64,000 bases of DNA from Scenedesmus sp. PABB004 (lineage: Eukaryota): the NCBI GenBank assembly GCA_014905635.1, contig JABVCE010000017.1, positions 620,001 to 684,000 on the forward strand, given 5' to 3'. Every line of letters begins with the position of its first letter. Within the stretch, counting starts at the first letter, position 1. The position numbers were made by a program, and so were the translations under genes. Below the pieces are notes generated by a model that worked only from the letters and a program-made list of their open reading frames with translations, was not told the origin of the DNA and searched no databases. This document shows, piece after piece, positions 12,011 through 22,576 of this stretch.

Positions 12011-13040
12011 TCACGCCGCGCCGCCCGGCGCCGCCGCGCCCGGGTGCGCGCCGAGCCACGCGCGCCGCCAGCGCTCGGCCGCCGCGAGCGCCGCGGTGAG
12101 GAGGTGGGGGTGCGCCGCCGCCGCGGCGACCACGCGCGCGTCGAGCTCGGCGTGCGCCGGCACCTTGGCCAGGGGCTTGAAATCCAGGTCCACCAGCGCG
12201 ACCTGCCAGCCAAACACCGCGCCGCTCGCGGGGTCGCGGTGCACGCCGCGCGCGCGCGGGCCGCCGGCGCCGCGCCCCAGGGCGGCCGCGCCCGCGCCCG
12301 GGGCCGCGCCGCGCGGCGCCAGCTGCTGCAGCGCGACCATGACGCCGCAGTCCTTGGCCGTCGCGGCGGTCAGGTAGCTCCGTAGCGCCGCCAGCTGCCG
12401 CGCCCGCCCCGCGGCCAGCAGCACGAGCGCGCCCGCCTCCGGCCCCTGCTGCTGCTGCTCGAGCTGCTGCTGCTGCTGCTGCCCCTGCTCCTGCTGTGCC
12501 TGCTGACCCTGCTGCCGCTCCTGCTGCTGCTGCGACTGCTGGTGCTGCTGCGCCTCGCTGCCGCCGCCGGCTTGCAGCGCGTCGGCGAGCAGCGCCTCGA
12601 GGCAGGGCGCGATCGCCTCCACGTCCCAGGCGTCCAGCCGCTGCAGCGCCAGCAGCGCGGGCAGCACGCCCGACGCATTCAGCGCCGCGCAGAGCACGCG
12701 GCACAGCAGCAGCTCCTTGGCCTCCGCCAGCGCCGGCTGGCCGCTGTGCTGCACCAGCTGCGGCGGCGGCGGCGGCGGCGCCCCGTCCGCCGGCTCTGCG
12801 AACCCTCGCAGCTGCTGCAGCAGCGCGGCTGCGGCCGCACGCCGCGCGGCCCACGTGGGGCTGGCCAGCAGTGCCTCGAGGTCGCTGCCGGCCGCGCCGC
12901 CGCCGCAGTCGGTGCGCAGCGCGCCGACCGTGCTCGCAGACGCGCCGCCAGTGGCGGCGGGCGCGCACGGCTGCGGCCGCAGCGCCTGCTGCTGCCCCAG
13001 CGGGTGCTGCTGCTGCTGCTGCTCCTGCTGCTGCTGCGGA

Positions 13041-13103
<63 letters not shown>

Positions 13104-14314
13104 GGCAGCAGCTGTGGGCTTGCCGCCGGCGCGTCGGGCTTGCCGCCAAAGACGTGGCGCCCGTCCACAAACACCTGCGCCACGGCGGCAGCGGGCGGGC
13201 CCGCCTGAGCGGGCCGCGCGCCCGCAGAGAGGCACGGGGCGGCGCCGCGCGCCGCGCCGCCGCGCCGCGCCCGCCGCATGCCGCGCGCCTTGAGATTGTT
13301 GCAGGGGCACTCCAGCAGCGCCGCGAGCGCCGCTTGCTGCCGCGCGAGCAGCGCGGCGGGCGGCTCGGCGCCACCGCCGGCCGCGGTGCCGCTGTCGCTG
13401 CAGCCGCCGTCCCGCGGCGTCATGAAGAAGTCCAGCGGACAGTAGCGTGACATGACGGGCGACTTGCCCTGCCGGCAGCGGGGCGGCCGCGCGCCGCGTC
13501 GGCGCGCCGCACGAGGCGCCGCCGCCGGCGCAGGCACGAGCAGCGCAGGCACGAGCAGCGGCGGCGCGAGCAGCGGCGGCGCGAGCAGCGGCGGCACCTG
13601 CAGGTGCTTGAGCAGCTGGTGCAGCGCGAAGCGCGGCACCCGGCGCTTGACCGACCCCGCCGCCACCGCCGCGCCGGGGGCGGGCAGCACGCCGCTCTTG
13701 GGCTTCACTTCAACGCACAGGCAGGGCCCGACGGCCTCGTAGCCCGGCGGCGGCGCGGCCGCTGCGGCGGCGGCGGCCTGCCGTCGACGCGCGCGGCGCG
13801 CGCGCGCGCGCGCGCGGGCGGCCGCGGCGCGCGCACCCGGCTGCAGCGACACGTCGGGCAGCAGCAGCGCCATCGCGCCGGGCTCGAGCCGGCGCCCCTG
13901 CTCCGCGAGCGCCGCGAGCAGCGCCGGCGGCGGCGGCACCGCCGCGCCCTCGCTCACCGCCAGCCGCGCGGCGCCGCCGAGCGCCGGCGCGAGCACGCGC
14001 CGCACAAAGGCAATCTCACGCTGCATGCCGTCTGCGCGCGGCGGCGCGACGCGGCGCGGCCGCGGGTGCGTGGGCCCGCCCGCCCGCCCGCCCGCCCGCC
14101 GCGGAGCCGCCGGCGCCGCCCCGCCGGCACCGCTGCTCACCCAGCGCCGGCCACTCTGGTATGACCGCCGACCACACCTCGCTCTCCAGCGCCGCGAGCG
14201 CCGCCACCCGGCGCGCCTGCTGCTCCGCGCCCTGGTCGGCGCCGCCGCCCTGCTGCCGCAGCGCCGCGGCGCCGCGCGCCTTGCGCAGGCGCAGCACCGT
14301 GCCGGCCTGCGCGG

Positions 14315-14366
<52 letters not shown>

Positions 14367-14612
14367 GGCGGCGGCGCGGCGTGAGCAGCACGGCCGGCGC
14401 GGGCAGCGCGGCGCCGCCTGGCCGCGGCCGCGGCGCGCGCGCACCAGCGCAGGGTCGGTGCCCGCGTAGGAGAGCACCAGGTTGGCGTTGCCCTCGCCCT
14501 TGGGCGCCCAGTCGGCCGGCCGCGAGGCCGCGACAGCGGCCGCTGCCGCCGCCGCGCCCGCCGGCCCGCCGCCCGCCGGCGACGCCGCGCCGCGCCCGGC
14601 CGCCGCGGCCAT
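12011..14612 (-). CDS. IPK1: Inositol-pentakisphosphate 2-kinase, multi-exon
   Basis: Family motifs W..KGEGNANLVLSY, VLRLRK, CVEVKPKSG, RFALHQLLK, SRYCPLDFF, NNLK-VFVDG, SYLTAATAKDCGVMV, LVDLDFKP; contains poly-Gln insertions. Confidence 0.92.
13005..13100 (-). repeat. (CAG)n poly-Gln tracts inside IPK1 coding sequence
   Basis: Long (CTG)n runs on the + strand, in frame with IPK1. Confidence 0.9.
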
Positions 14613-15193
14613 GCCCGCCCGGCGGCCGGCGCTCCTGGCGGGCCTCGCGGCGGCGGCGCGCTTTGCGGCGGGCGGCGCGAACGCGGCAGCGGCGACGTGC
14701 TCGGGCGCGCGCGCTGTGGGCGGCTGGGGCCGCCTCTAAGCGACGTCGCCGGCGCGGCGCATTCGGCGCGTGCGTCGGGTCAGCGCTGGGCGCGAGCCGG
14801 GAGCGGGCTTGTGCTGGCGCGGCGGCGGGGTCTCCGGAGCGCTGCGCCGCCGCTCCGCGCGACGCACGCCGCCGCCGCCGCGTGTTTGGTGGGTCTAGCC
14901 GAGCCGCCATGACGCACGCCCCCCTGCCCGGCGCAGCGCACGGCGCCTGCGCACGCACCCGCAGAGCAGCAGCAGACCGCCAGGCCGCCTCCGCGCGCAC
15001 CCGGGCCGCGGCTGGCGCCCCGGCCTTTCGCTGCGGCTGGCACGTCTGGAAACACATCGCCCGCGGCCCTCAGCGGCCGTGATGCGCGCCCGCTCGGGCG
15101 GGGGCGCCGCGAGCTGCCCGCGCGCCTAGCGCCGCAGCGCCAGGCGACCGCGTAGGGGCCGCGAGGGCTCGGTGACGCAGTCGGCGGATGACC

Positions 15194-18100
15194 ATGGTGC
15201 GTTGTAGCCGGCGCAGGGCGGCGCGCGGGGCCTGGGGCGGCGCCGGCGCGGCCATCTCTCCTGCGATGCGCGCTCCTGCGCCGCGGGAGGCCCGCGGCGG
15301 CGCCAGATCGGCCCCCCCCCCCGCGCCCGCAGGCGTCCCTGGTCACTGCGACCCTGCTGCCGACCTACTGGCTGCACGACGCCATCGCCCTGGGCGACCT
15401 GCAGGTGGGCGAGCAGCAGCAGGCGGCGGCGCCCCTGCCGCCGCCGCCGCCCACGGCCGCGCAGCGCGCGGCTGGCGCAGCCCCCGGCGGGCCCCCGCGC
15501 GTGCGCAAGCCCCTGGAGGCGCGGCGCGCCGTGCCGGGCGGTGGGTGGGCGGCGGCAGCGCGCGCAGCGGCGCCGAACGCAGCGGCACCCCGCCGCCGCC
15601 GCCGCCGCCGCCCGCAGCTGGCGCGCGTGCTGCTGCAGGACGTGCTCAACTTCTCGCCCGAAAAGCTCATCCAGATGCCCAACGGGACCTCGTACACGCC
15701 GCTGCACGTCGCGGTCGTGCAGCAGAACAAGGAGGCGGAGGAGCTGCTGCTCGAGCACGGTGCGCGGCGGCGCGGCGGGTGGCGCGCGCAGCGCGGCGGC
15801 GCGGTGGCAGGCGGGCAGCCGCGGCGGCGTGCACGGGAGCGGCGCGCGGGCGTGGGCAGCCGGCGTGCGGCGCGATGGGCGGCGTGCGGCGCGCGGCGCG
15901 GCCGCGGCGGCGGGTGCAGCAGCCAGCGCGTGGCCGGCACACACGCCCCCCGACCCTTTCCCTTTCCCTCTCCCGCAGGCGCCCGGCCGAGCCGCGTGCC
16001 GGACGACTTCCGGGCGGCGCACGCGCCCAAGGAGGGCGAGGCGCCCGCGCCGCGCAAGTGCCGGCTCGTGGAGGTGCGGCCGCGGCGGCGGGCACGGCCG
16101 CGCGTCGTGTCCGCTCCCCCCTCCCCTCCCACCCACCCACCCACCCACCCCTCCCCCCACTCCACGCAAAGGTCTGGGTCACGATCAAGGCGGACGTGGG
16201 CGGCGTGGCCGACCTCCACCTCGGCACGAGCTGGCTGCACGAGACCGTGCGGTGCGCAGCGGCGGCCGCGCCAGGGGGCGAGGCGCGCGGCAGCCGCCGC
16301 GGCGCCCGCCCCGCGCCGCGGGCGGGCAGCGCGCGCGCCGACGCGGCCGCGGCCGACACGCAGGCACCGCTGGGGCGACGACACCATGCGCGCGATCATC
16401 GGCGCCGGCGCGCCGCTCGACGCCGGTGACGCCAAGGGCAACACGGCGCTGCACTTTGCGCTGGAGATTGGCGACCTCGACGTGCGCGCACGCGCGCGGC
16501 CGCTGCCGCGCCGACGCCCCGCCGCGCCCCGCCGCGCGCGCGGCCGCGCCGCCGCGCCCGCCGCTGCCGCGCCGCGCCCCGCCGCGCGCGCGCGGCCGCG
16601 CCGCCGCTCCCGCCGCTGTGGCGCCCGCCCCGCCGCCGCGCGGCGCGCCGACGCCGCCGCGCGGGCGCCGACGCCGCCGCGCGGGCGCCGCACAGACGTG
16701 CCGGCTGCTGCTGGACCTGGGGGGCAACATGAACCTCTACAACAAGGTGAGAGAGACACTGCACGGCCCGCTGTTTGTTGGTTTCTACCTGCTTTTTACT
16801 TGCCTTGTGGCTCGCGCCGCCTCGCTCTCGCGCGTGCCCCGCGCGCCGCGCCGGCGCCGGCGCCGCCGGCGACGCCGCAGCGGGCGGGCCGTGCGTTGCG
16901 CGGCGCGGCGCGGCGGCGCGGCGCGGCGGCGCGGGCGCTCACGCGCGCACGCACCCCTTCCCCGCCCCGCGCCGCCGCGCCGCGCGCGCCAGGTGGGGTT
17001 CACCTCCTTCAGCACGGCCTGCATGTTTGCCGAGGCCGGCATCGCCAAGGCCATGCTGCAGCTCGGCGCCGACGTCAACGGCGGCACCGCCAAGCCCCTC
17101 TTCCTCGCCTGCAAGGGCGGCATGGGACGCTTCACCTACAGGCGGGTTGTGGGCCTAGGCGGCTGGGCGCTGGCACGGGCGCCGGCACTGGCACACGGAC
17201 GCTGGGCGCTGCCACTGCCGGCGGAGGCGGCAGGGCGGCCGGGGCTGGGCGTGCTGGGGGCTTGAGCTGAGCGGGGGCGGGGCGCGCCGCCGGGCCGCGC
17301 GCCGCCGCGCGCCGAGCCCGCGCGCGCGCCGGCGGGCCTGCAGGAACCCGAGCGCCTCGCCGGACGAGCTCCAGGCCGCGCGCGCCGCGTGGGGGGCGGA
17401 CAAGGAGCTGCGCGCGGTCTACGTGTGAGCGCGCCGCCGCCGCCGCCGCCGCCGCCGCGCGCGCGCGCCGCGCGCCCGCCCCCGCCGCCGCCGCGCGCCG
17501 CGCCCCACCCGGCCCCCACCCACGCGCGCCCGCGCGCGCCCCCGCGCTCCGCCGCGCCGCCGCCGCCGCGTGCCCCCGCCAGCGGCATCATCCGCCAGAT
17601 GCTGGCGCACGGCGCCGACCCGTCGGGGACCGACGCCGACGGCAACCACCCGCTGCTCGCCGCCGCGGAGGCGGGGTTCAGCGAGATCATACCAGACCTC
17701 GCCGCCGCAGACACGTACCGGTGCGGGGCGCGCGCGTCGGGGCCGCGCGCGTCGGGGCTTTCGTGTGCGTGTGCGTGCGTGCGTGCACGTGTTTTGGGGG
17801 GCAGCGGCGGCGCGGCGCGGCGGCGGGGGCCCCGGCGCGGGGGCCGAGCCGCCGCGCCCGCGCCCGCGCCGCGCCCGCGCGCAGGACGGCGCTCGCTGCC
17901 GTGTCGGCGACCGAGGAGCGCGCGCGCAACAACAGCGCGAGCAGCAAGGCCGACGCTGACGCCGCTGGCGACGCTGCCGCCGGCGGCGCGCCCGACGCCA
18001 AGGCGGGCGAGGCCACGGAGGAGGGCGGCGGCGCCGGCAAGTCCAAGGTTGCGCTCAAGGAGGCCGAGACGCGCACGCGCCGCGACGCCGCGGCGGCCGA

Positions 18101-19199
18101 GGCTGCACGCGCGGTGAAGCTCGACAGCCTGCTCAAGACCACCGCGCCGTCGATCAACCGGTCCGCGCCGCTGCTGCGGGCGTGGCGGGGCGGGGCGGGG
18201 CGGGTCTGGGCCGCCGCGCTGCGCCGGCGCGCAGGGCGAGCGCGCGCGAGCGCGTGCCGGCGGCCGCCGCCCACCGCCGGTCACCGCCCGTCCCCGCCCG
18301 CGCAGGGCGAACACGCGCGAGTGCGTGACGCCGCTGGCGCTCGCGGTCAGCTGGGGCGAGACGGGTGCGGTCGAGGCGCTCGTGCGCGCGGGCGCCGACC
18401 CAAACATCAGCGCCGGGCTGCCGCCGCGGCCGCCCATCTGCGTGAGCACCGCCGCGCCGCGCTCGCTGCCGCGCCGCGCTCGCTGCCGCGCCGCGCCGCT
18501 CGGCGGCCGCCCCACGCCCACACGCCCGCCCACGCCCCCCCTCCCCCCAGCTCGCGGCGGCGCTGGGCGCGCTGGACATGGTCACCAAGCTCATTGAGCT
18601 GGGCGCGCGCTGGCCCCACGGCCGCGCCGCCGTGGCGGAGGGCACCGACGTCGTGAGCCTGCTGTCGGAGAACTACAAGGGACCCAAGAAGCTGCAGGCG
18701 AGGGGGCGCGGGGCGCGGGGGCGCGCGCGGCACGCGGAGCGCGGCCGGCCGCGGGGCGCGCCCGCCGCGGGGCGCGCCCGCTGCGGGCGCGGCCGCTGGG
18801 CGGCGCCGCAGGGCGCTGCTGCCGCGCCCCCGACGCCGCGCGCCTGACCCCGTCGCCGCGCGCCGCCGCCGCGCCGTGCGCCGCGCGCCGCAGCCGTCGA
18901 TGATCGTCAAGCTGCTGCAGGGCGCGGAGAAGCGCGGCGCGTCGGGCCGGTCCAAGCTGCAGAGCGAGGCGGCGGTGGCGGCAGAGGCCGAGGCGGCCGC
19001 CGCGGCGCGCGAGCTGCTGGAGATGGAGGAGCGCGAGAAGGCGGCCCCCGGCGGCGGCGCCAAGGACGGCGGCGGCGGCGGGGCGAGCAAGAAGAGCAAG
19101 AAGAAAAAGAAGGCGGCCCAGGACAAGGTCGCCGTCGCGGCGGCGGCGCGCAGCAGCAGCAAGCGCGCGTGGGAGGTGGACAGCGCCGACCCCGACGAC

Positions 19200-19230
<31 letters not shown>

Positions 19231-21212
19231 TCGGCGACGGCGGCGGCGCGGGCGGCGGCGAGGCGCCGGCGGCCGGCGGCGGCGCCGCCGCGGCGGCGCC
19301 GGCGGCTGGCGCGGGCGCGGGCGCGGGCGCGGGCGGCGCGGCGACCGCTGCCGCCGCCGGCGCGTCGCCGGGTCTGTTTGTGTTTTGCGCGCCGCACCCG
19401 GCTGCGGCGAGCCGCGCCAGGCGCAGCAGCAAGGGCGCGGCCGACGCCGCCGAGGCGGAGCGCCGCGCAGTGTCGCAGGCGGCGGCCGAGGCGGCGGCCA
19501 AGTCTGCGGCCGCGGCGGAGGCCGACGCGGCGGCCGCCGCGGTGTACCACCGCCAGCAGGCCGCGGCCAAGGCGGCCGCCGACAAGGCGGCGGCGGAGCG
19601 GGCGGCGGCCGAGAAGGCGGCGGCGCAGAAGGCGGCGGCGGAGAAGGCCGCCGCCGCCAAGGCGGAGCGGGCGCGCAAGGCCGCCGAGGCCAAGGCGCGC
19701 GCCGAGGCGGCGGCGCGGGCCAAGGCGGAGGCCGAGGCCGCGGCCAAGGCCAAGGCCGACGCGGAGGCCGCCGCCGCGCGCGCCGAGGCCGAGGCGGCGG
19801 CGCGGGCCAAGGCCGAGGCCGAAGCCGCCAAGGCCAAGGCCAAGGCTGAGGCCGCGGCCAAGAAGGCCAAGGCTGAGGCCGACGCCGCCGCGCGCGCAGA
19901 GGCCGACGCCGCAAAGGCCAAGGCCGAGGCCAAGGCCGCCAAGGCGCGGGGCAGCGCCACGGCCGGCGCCGCAGCCGGCGGCGCGGCCGGCAGCGGCGGC
20001 CGCGGCGGCGCCGAGGCCGGCAGCAGCAGCAGCAGCAGCCGCGGCGGCCGCGGCGCCGCCGAGGGCAAGGCGGGCGCCGAGGGCAAGGCGGGCGCCGAGG
20101 GCAAGGCGGGCGCCAAGGCCGACGGCGGCGCGCGGCGGGAGGGCGGCGGCAGCACGGCGGAGAAGGCCGCCGCCGCCGCGAGCCGGGCCATCGGCGCCAT
20201 GCTCACCCGCCCCGCGGCGGGCAGCGGCAGCGGCAGCGCCGCCGCGGCCGCGCCAGCGGCCGGCGCCGGCGCGCGCGGCGCCGGCGCGCACGGCGGCGAC
20301 GCCGGCGCCCCCGCCGCCACGGTGCTGCGCGGCGACGACTGGTGGATGACCGAGAGCGGGCAGGACTACGACGACGAGGAGCTGCCCGGCTGGGACGGGG
20401 CGGAGGCCGACCCCGCGACGCAGCGGCATCTCGCGGCGGCCGCCGCGGCCGCGGCCGCCGCGGCGGTCGCCGGCATTGCGCCGGGCGCCGCCGCGCGCGA
20501 CGGCCGGCGCGCCTCGGCGGACGGCGGCGGCGGCACGCCCTCGGCCGCGCTCAACCCCTTTGCGGCTCCCTTCACCCCCCCTGTCGGCCTCGCCGGCAGC
20601 ACTGCGCCCCCCACCGCCACCACCTCCACGCACGCCCCCTCCACCGCCACCGCCGCCACTGCGCCCGGCGGCGCCGGCGCCGCCGCCCGCGGGGCGGCGG
20701 GCGCAGCGGCGCCGCGCTCCCCCACCGCCGCGCCCGCGGCGGGCCCGCCCACCTCCTCCTCCAGCGACCGCGCCGCGGCCAACCCCCTGGCGCAGATGCT
20801 CGCAGCAGCGGCGGCCGACGCCGCCGTCGCCACGGCAGGCGGCGCCGCGCACGACCGCGTGCAGCGCGCGCTGCCGCCGCACCTGCTGTGGGCGCGCGGC
20901 AGCGGCAGCGCGCCCGGCGGCCCGCCGCCCGGCGGCGGCGCCGGCGGCGTGACAAGCCCAACCTACAGCGGGCCGCCGCCGCACGCGTCGGGCCCGCCCT
21001 CGGGCGGTGCCAGCGACGACGTCGCGGCGGCCGCCGCGGCGGCCGCCGCGGCGGTCGCAGCACAGTACTTTGGCCAGCAGCAGCAGCAGCAGCAGCGGCA
21101 GCAGCAGCAAGGCGGCGGCGGCGGCGCGCAGCTCGGCGCGCCGCCGTCGATGCCGCCATTCCTGCTGCCGCAGCAGCCGCAGGAGCAGCCCTGGGCAGGC
21201 GGCTACTTCCCC

Positions 21213-21243
<31 letters not shown>

Positions 21244-21719
21244 TGCAGGGCGGGCAGCAGCAGCAGGCGCTGCCGCACCATCTTGCAATGATGATGCAGC
21301 GCTCCGGCTCGGGCTCGTCCGCGGGGCCGCAGCAGCTGCAGCATCCGCCGCACCCGCAGCAGCAGCCGGGACCCGCGCCGCCGCGCGCCAAGATGACGCC
21401 GCAGCAGGCCGCGGCCGCGGCGGCGGCGGCGGCGGTCGCGGCGCAGGAGGCGGCCGCCGCGGCGGCGGCCGCCGCGAGCGCCGCGGTGAGTGAGCAGGCG
21501 TACGAGGAGCTTCAAAAGCTCAAGGAGGCCCACGAGACGATGACGTGCTGCGTCGTGTGCATGGACGCGCCGCGCAGCGTGCTGCTGCTGCCCTGCAAGC
21601 ACCTCGCGCTCTGCGAGGACTGCAGCGCGGGCCTGCAGGCCGGCGGCGCGCAGCGCAACGAGTGCCCGGTGTGCCGCGTCCCGGTGGCGCAGCACATCGC
21701 GGGCGTGTTCATGACCTGA
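15194..21719 (+). CDS. Ankyrin-repeat, coiled-coil, C-terminal RING-HC (C3HC4) protein; probable E3 ubiquitin ligase, multi-exon
   Basis: Ankyrin repeats (YTPLHVAV, DAKGNTALHFAL, GADVNGG..PLFLAC, GADPSGTDADGNHPLLAAA, TPLALAV..GADPNI); A/K/E coiled coil ~19450-19950; terminal CVVCMDAPRSVLLLPCKHLALCEDC...CPVCR then TGA 21719. Start inferred (ATG|GTGCGT, next exon from 15333; an in-frame ATG at 15188 is also possible). Confidence 0.85.
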
Positions 21720-21726
21720 CAGCGGC

Positions 21727-22538
21727 GACGGCGGGGGCGGCCGCCTGAACCGCGCGCCTGCACCTCGCCGCGCCCTCGCTGCCGCCCGCCGCCCCACCCC
21801 GCACACCGCCCCCGGTCCCACAGCCCCGGTGCGGCCCTCGGGCGCCCTGCCCGCCCTGCCAGCGGTCGCGGCGGCCCAGCCCGCCGAGCGGCAGCGCGCA
21901 GCGGCGACAGCAGCGCCCGCCGCCACGGCCCCGCCCGGCCCCGCCAGCCTCACCCGCCCTCTCCAGCGCCACCAGCTTGCGTCCCAGGCAGCATGCGGCC
22001 CGAGACGGCGGCCCTGGCGGCCTGGCTGGGCCGCTGCGCTCGCGCGAGCAGCGTCGACGCGCTCGCGGTGGAGGGCGCCGGCACGGTGCCGCTGCGCGCC
22101 TATTTCGCCGGCCTGGTTGAAGCGCCTGGGGTCAGTGGCTCTCCCTGCGCCGACCTGCGCGCGCTGCTGGCCGCCGGCGTGCAGGCGCGGCTGGCGCAGG
22201 CCACGCGCTGGAGCTCTTCGCTCACGCGCTGGAGCTCCTGGCGGCGCCGGCGACCCGCCCGGCTGCGTCGGGCAGCGTGGGCTTTGCCAGCACACTGTCT
22301 GCCCTGTGCGAGGTGATGGGCCTGTCGTTCGTGGGTCGTGAGGCTCTGGGCGCGCCACTCGCGGACCTGGCGGCCGAGGTGGAGCGCGCGGGTGAGCGGC
22401 GGCCGGCGGCGGCTGGCCCCTGCGGTCCGCGCGGCTCTGCCCACCCCTCACTGACTGCGTGCCGGCCTGCCACGCGCCCGCAGGCATGCTGCCACCGCTG
22501 GCCGCAGCCTGCACCGCCCTCGCTGCGGAGCTGGAGGC

Positions 22539-22576
<38 letters not shown>

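Noticed and set aside
19450..19950. TolA-like A/K/E repeat suggesting a bacterial gene
   Set aside because: It is a low-complexity coiled coil within the last exon of the spliced ankyrin-RING gene.
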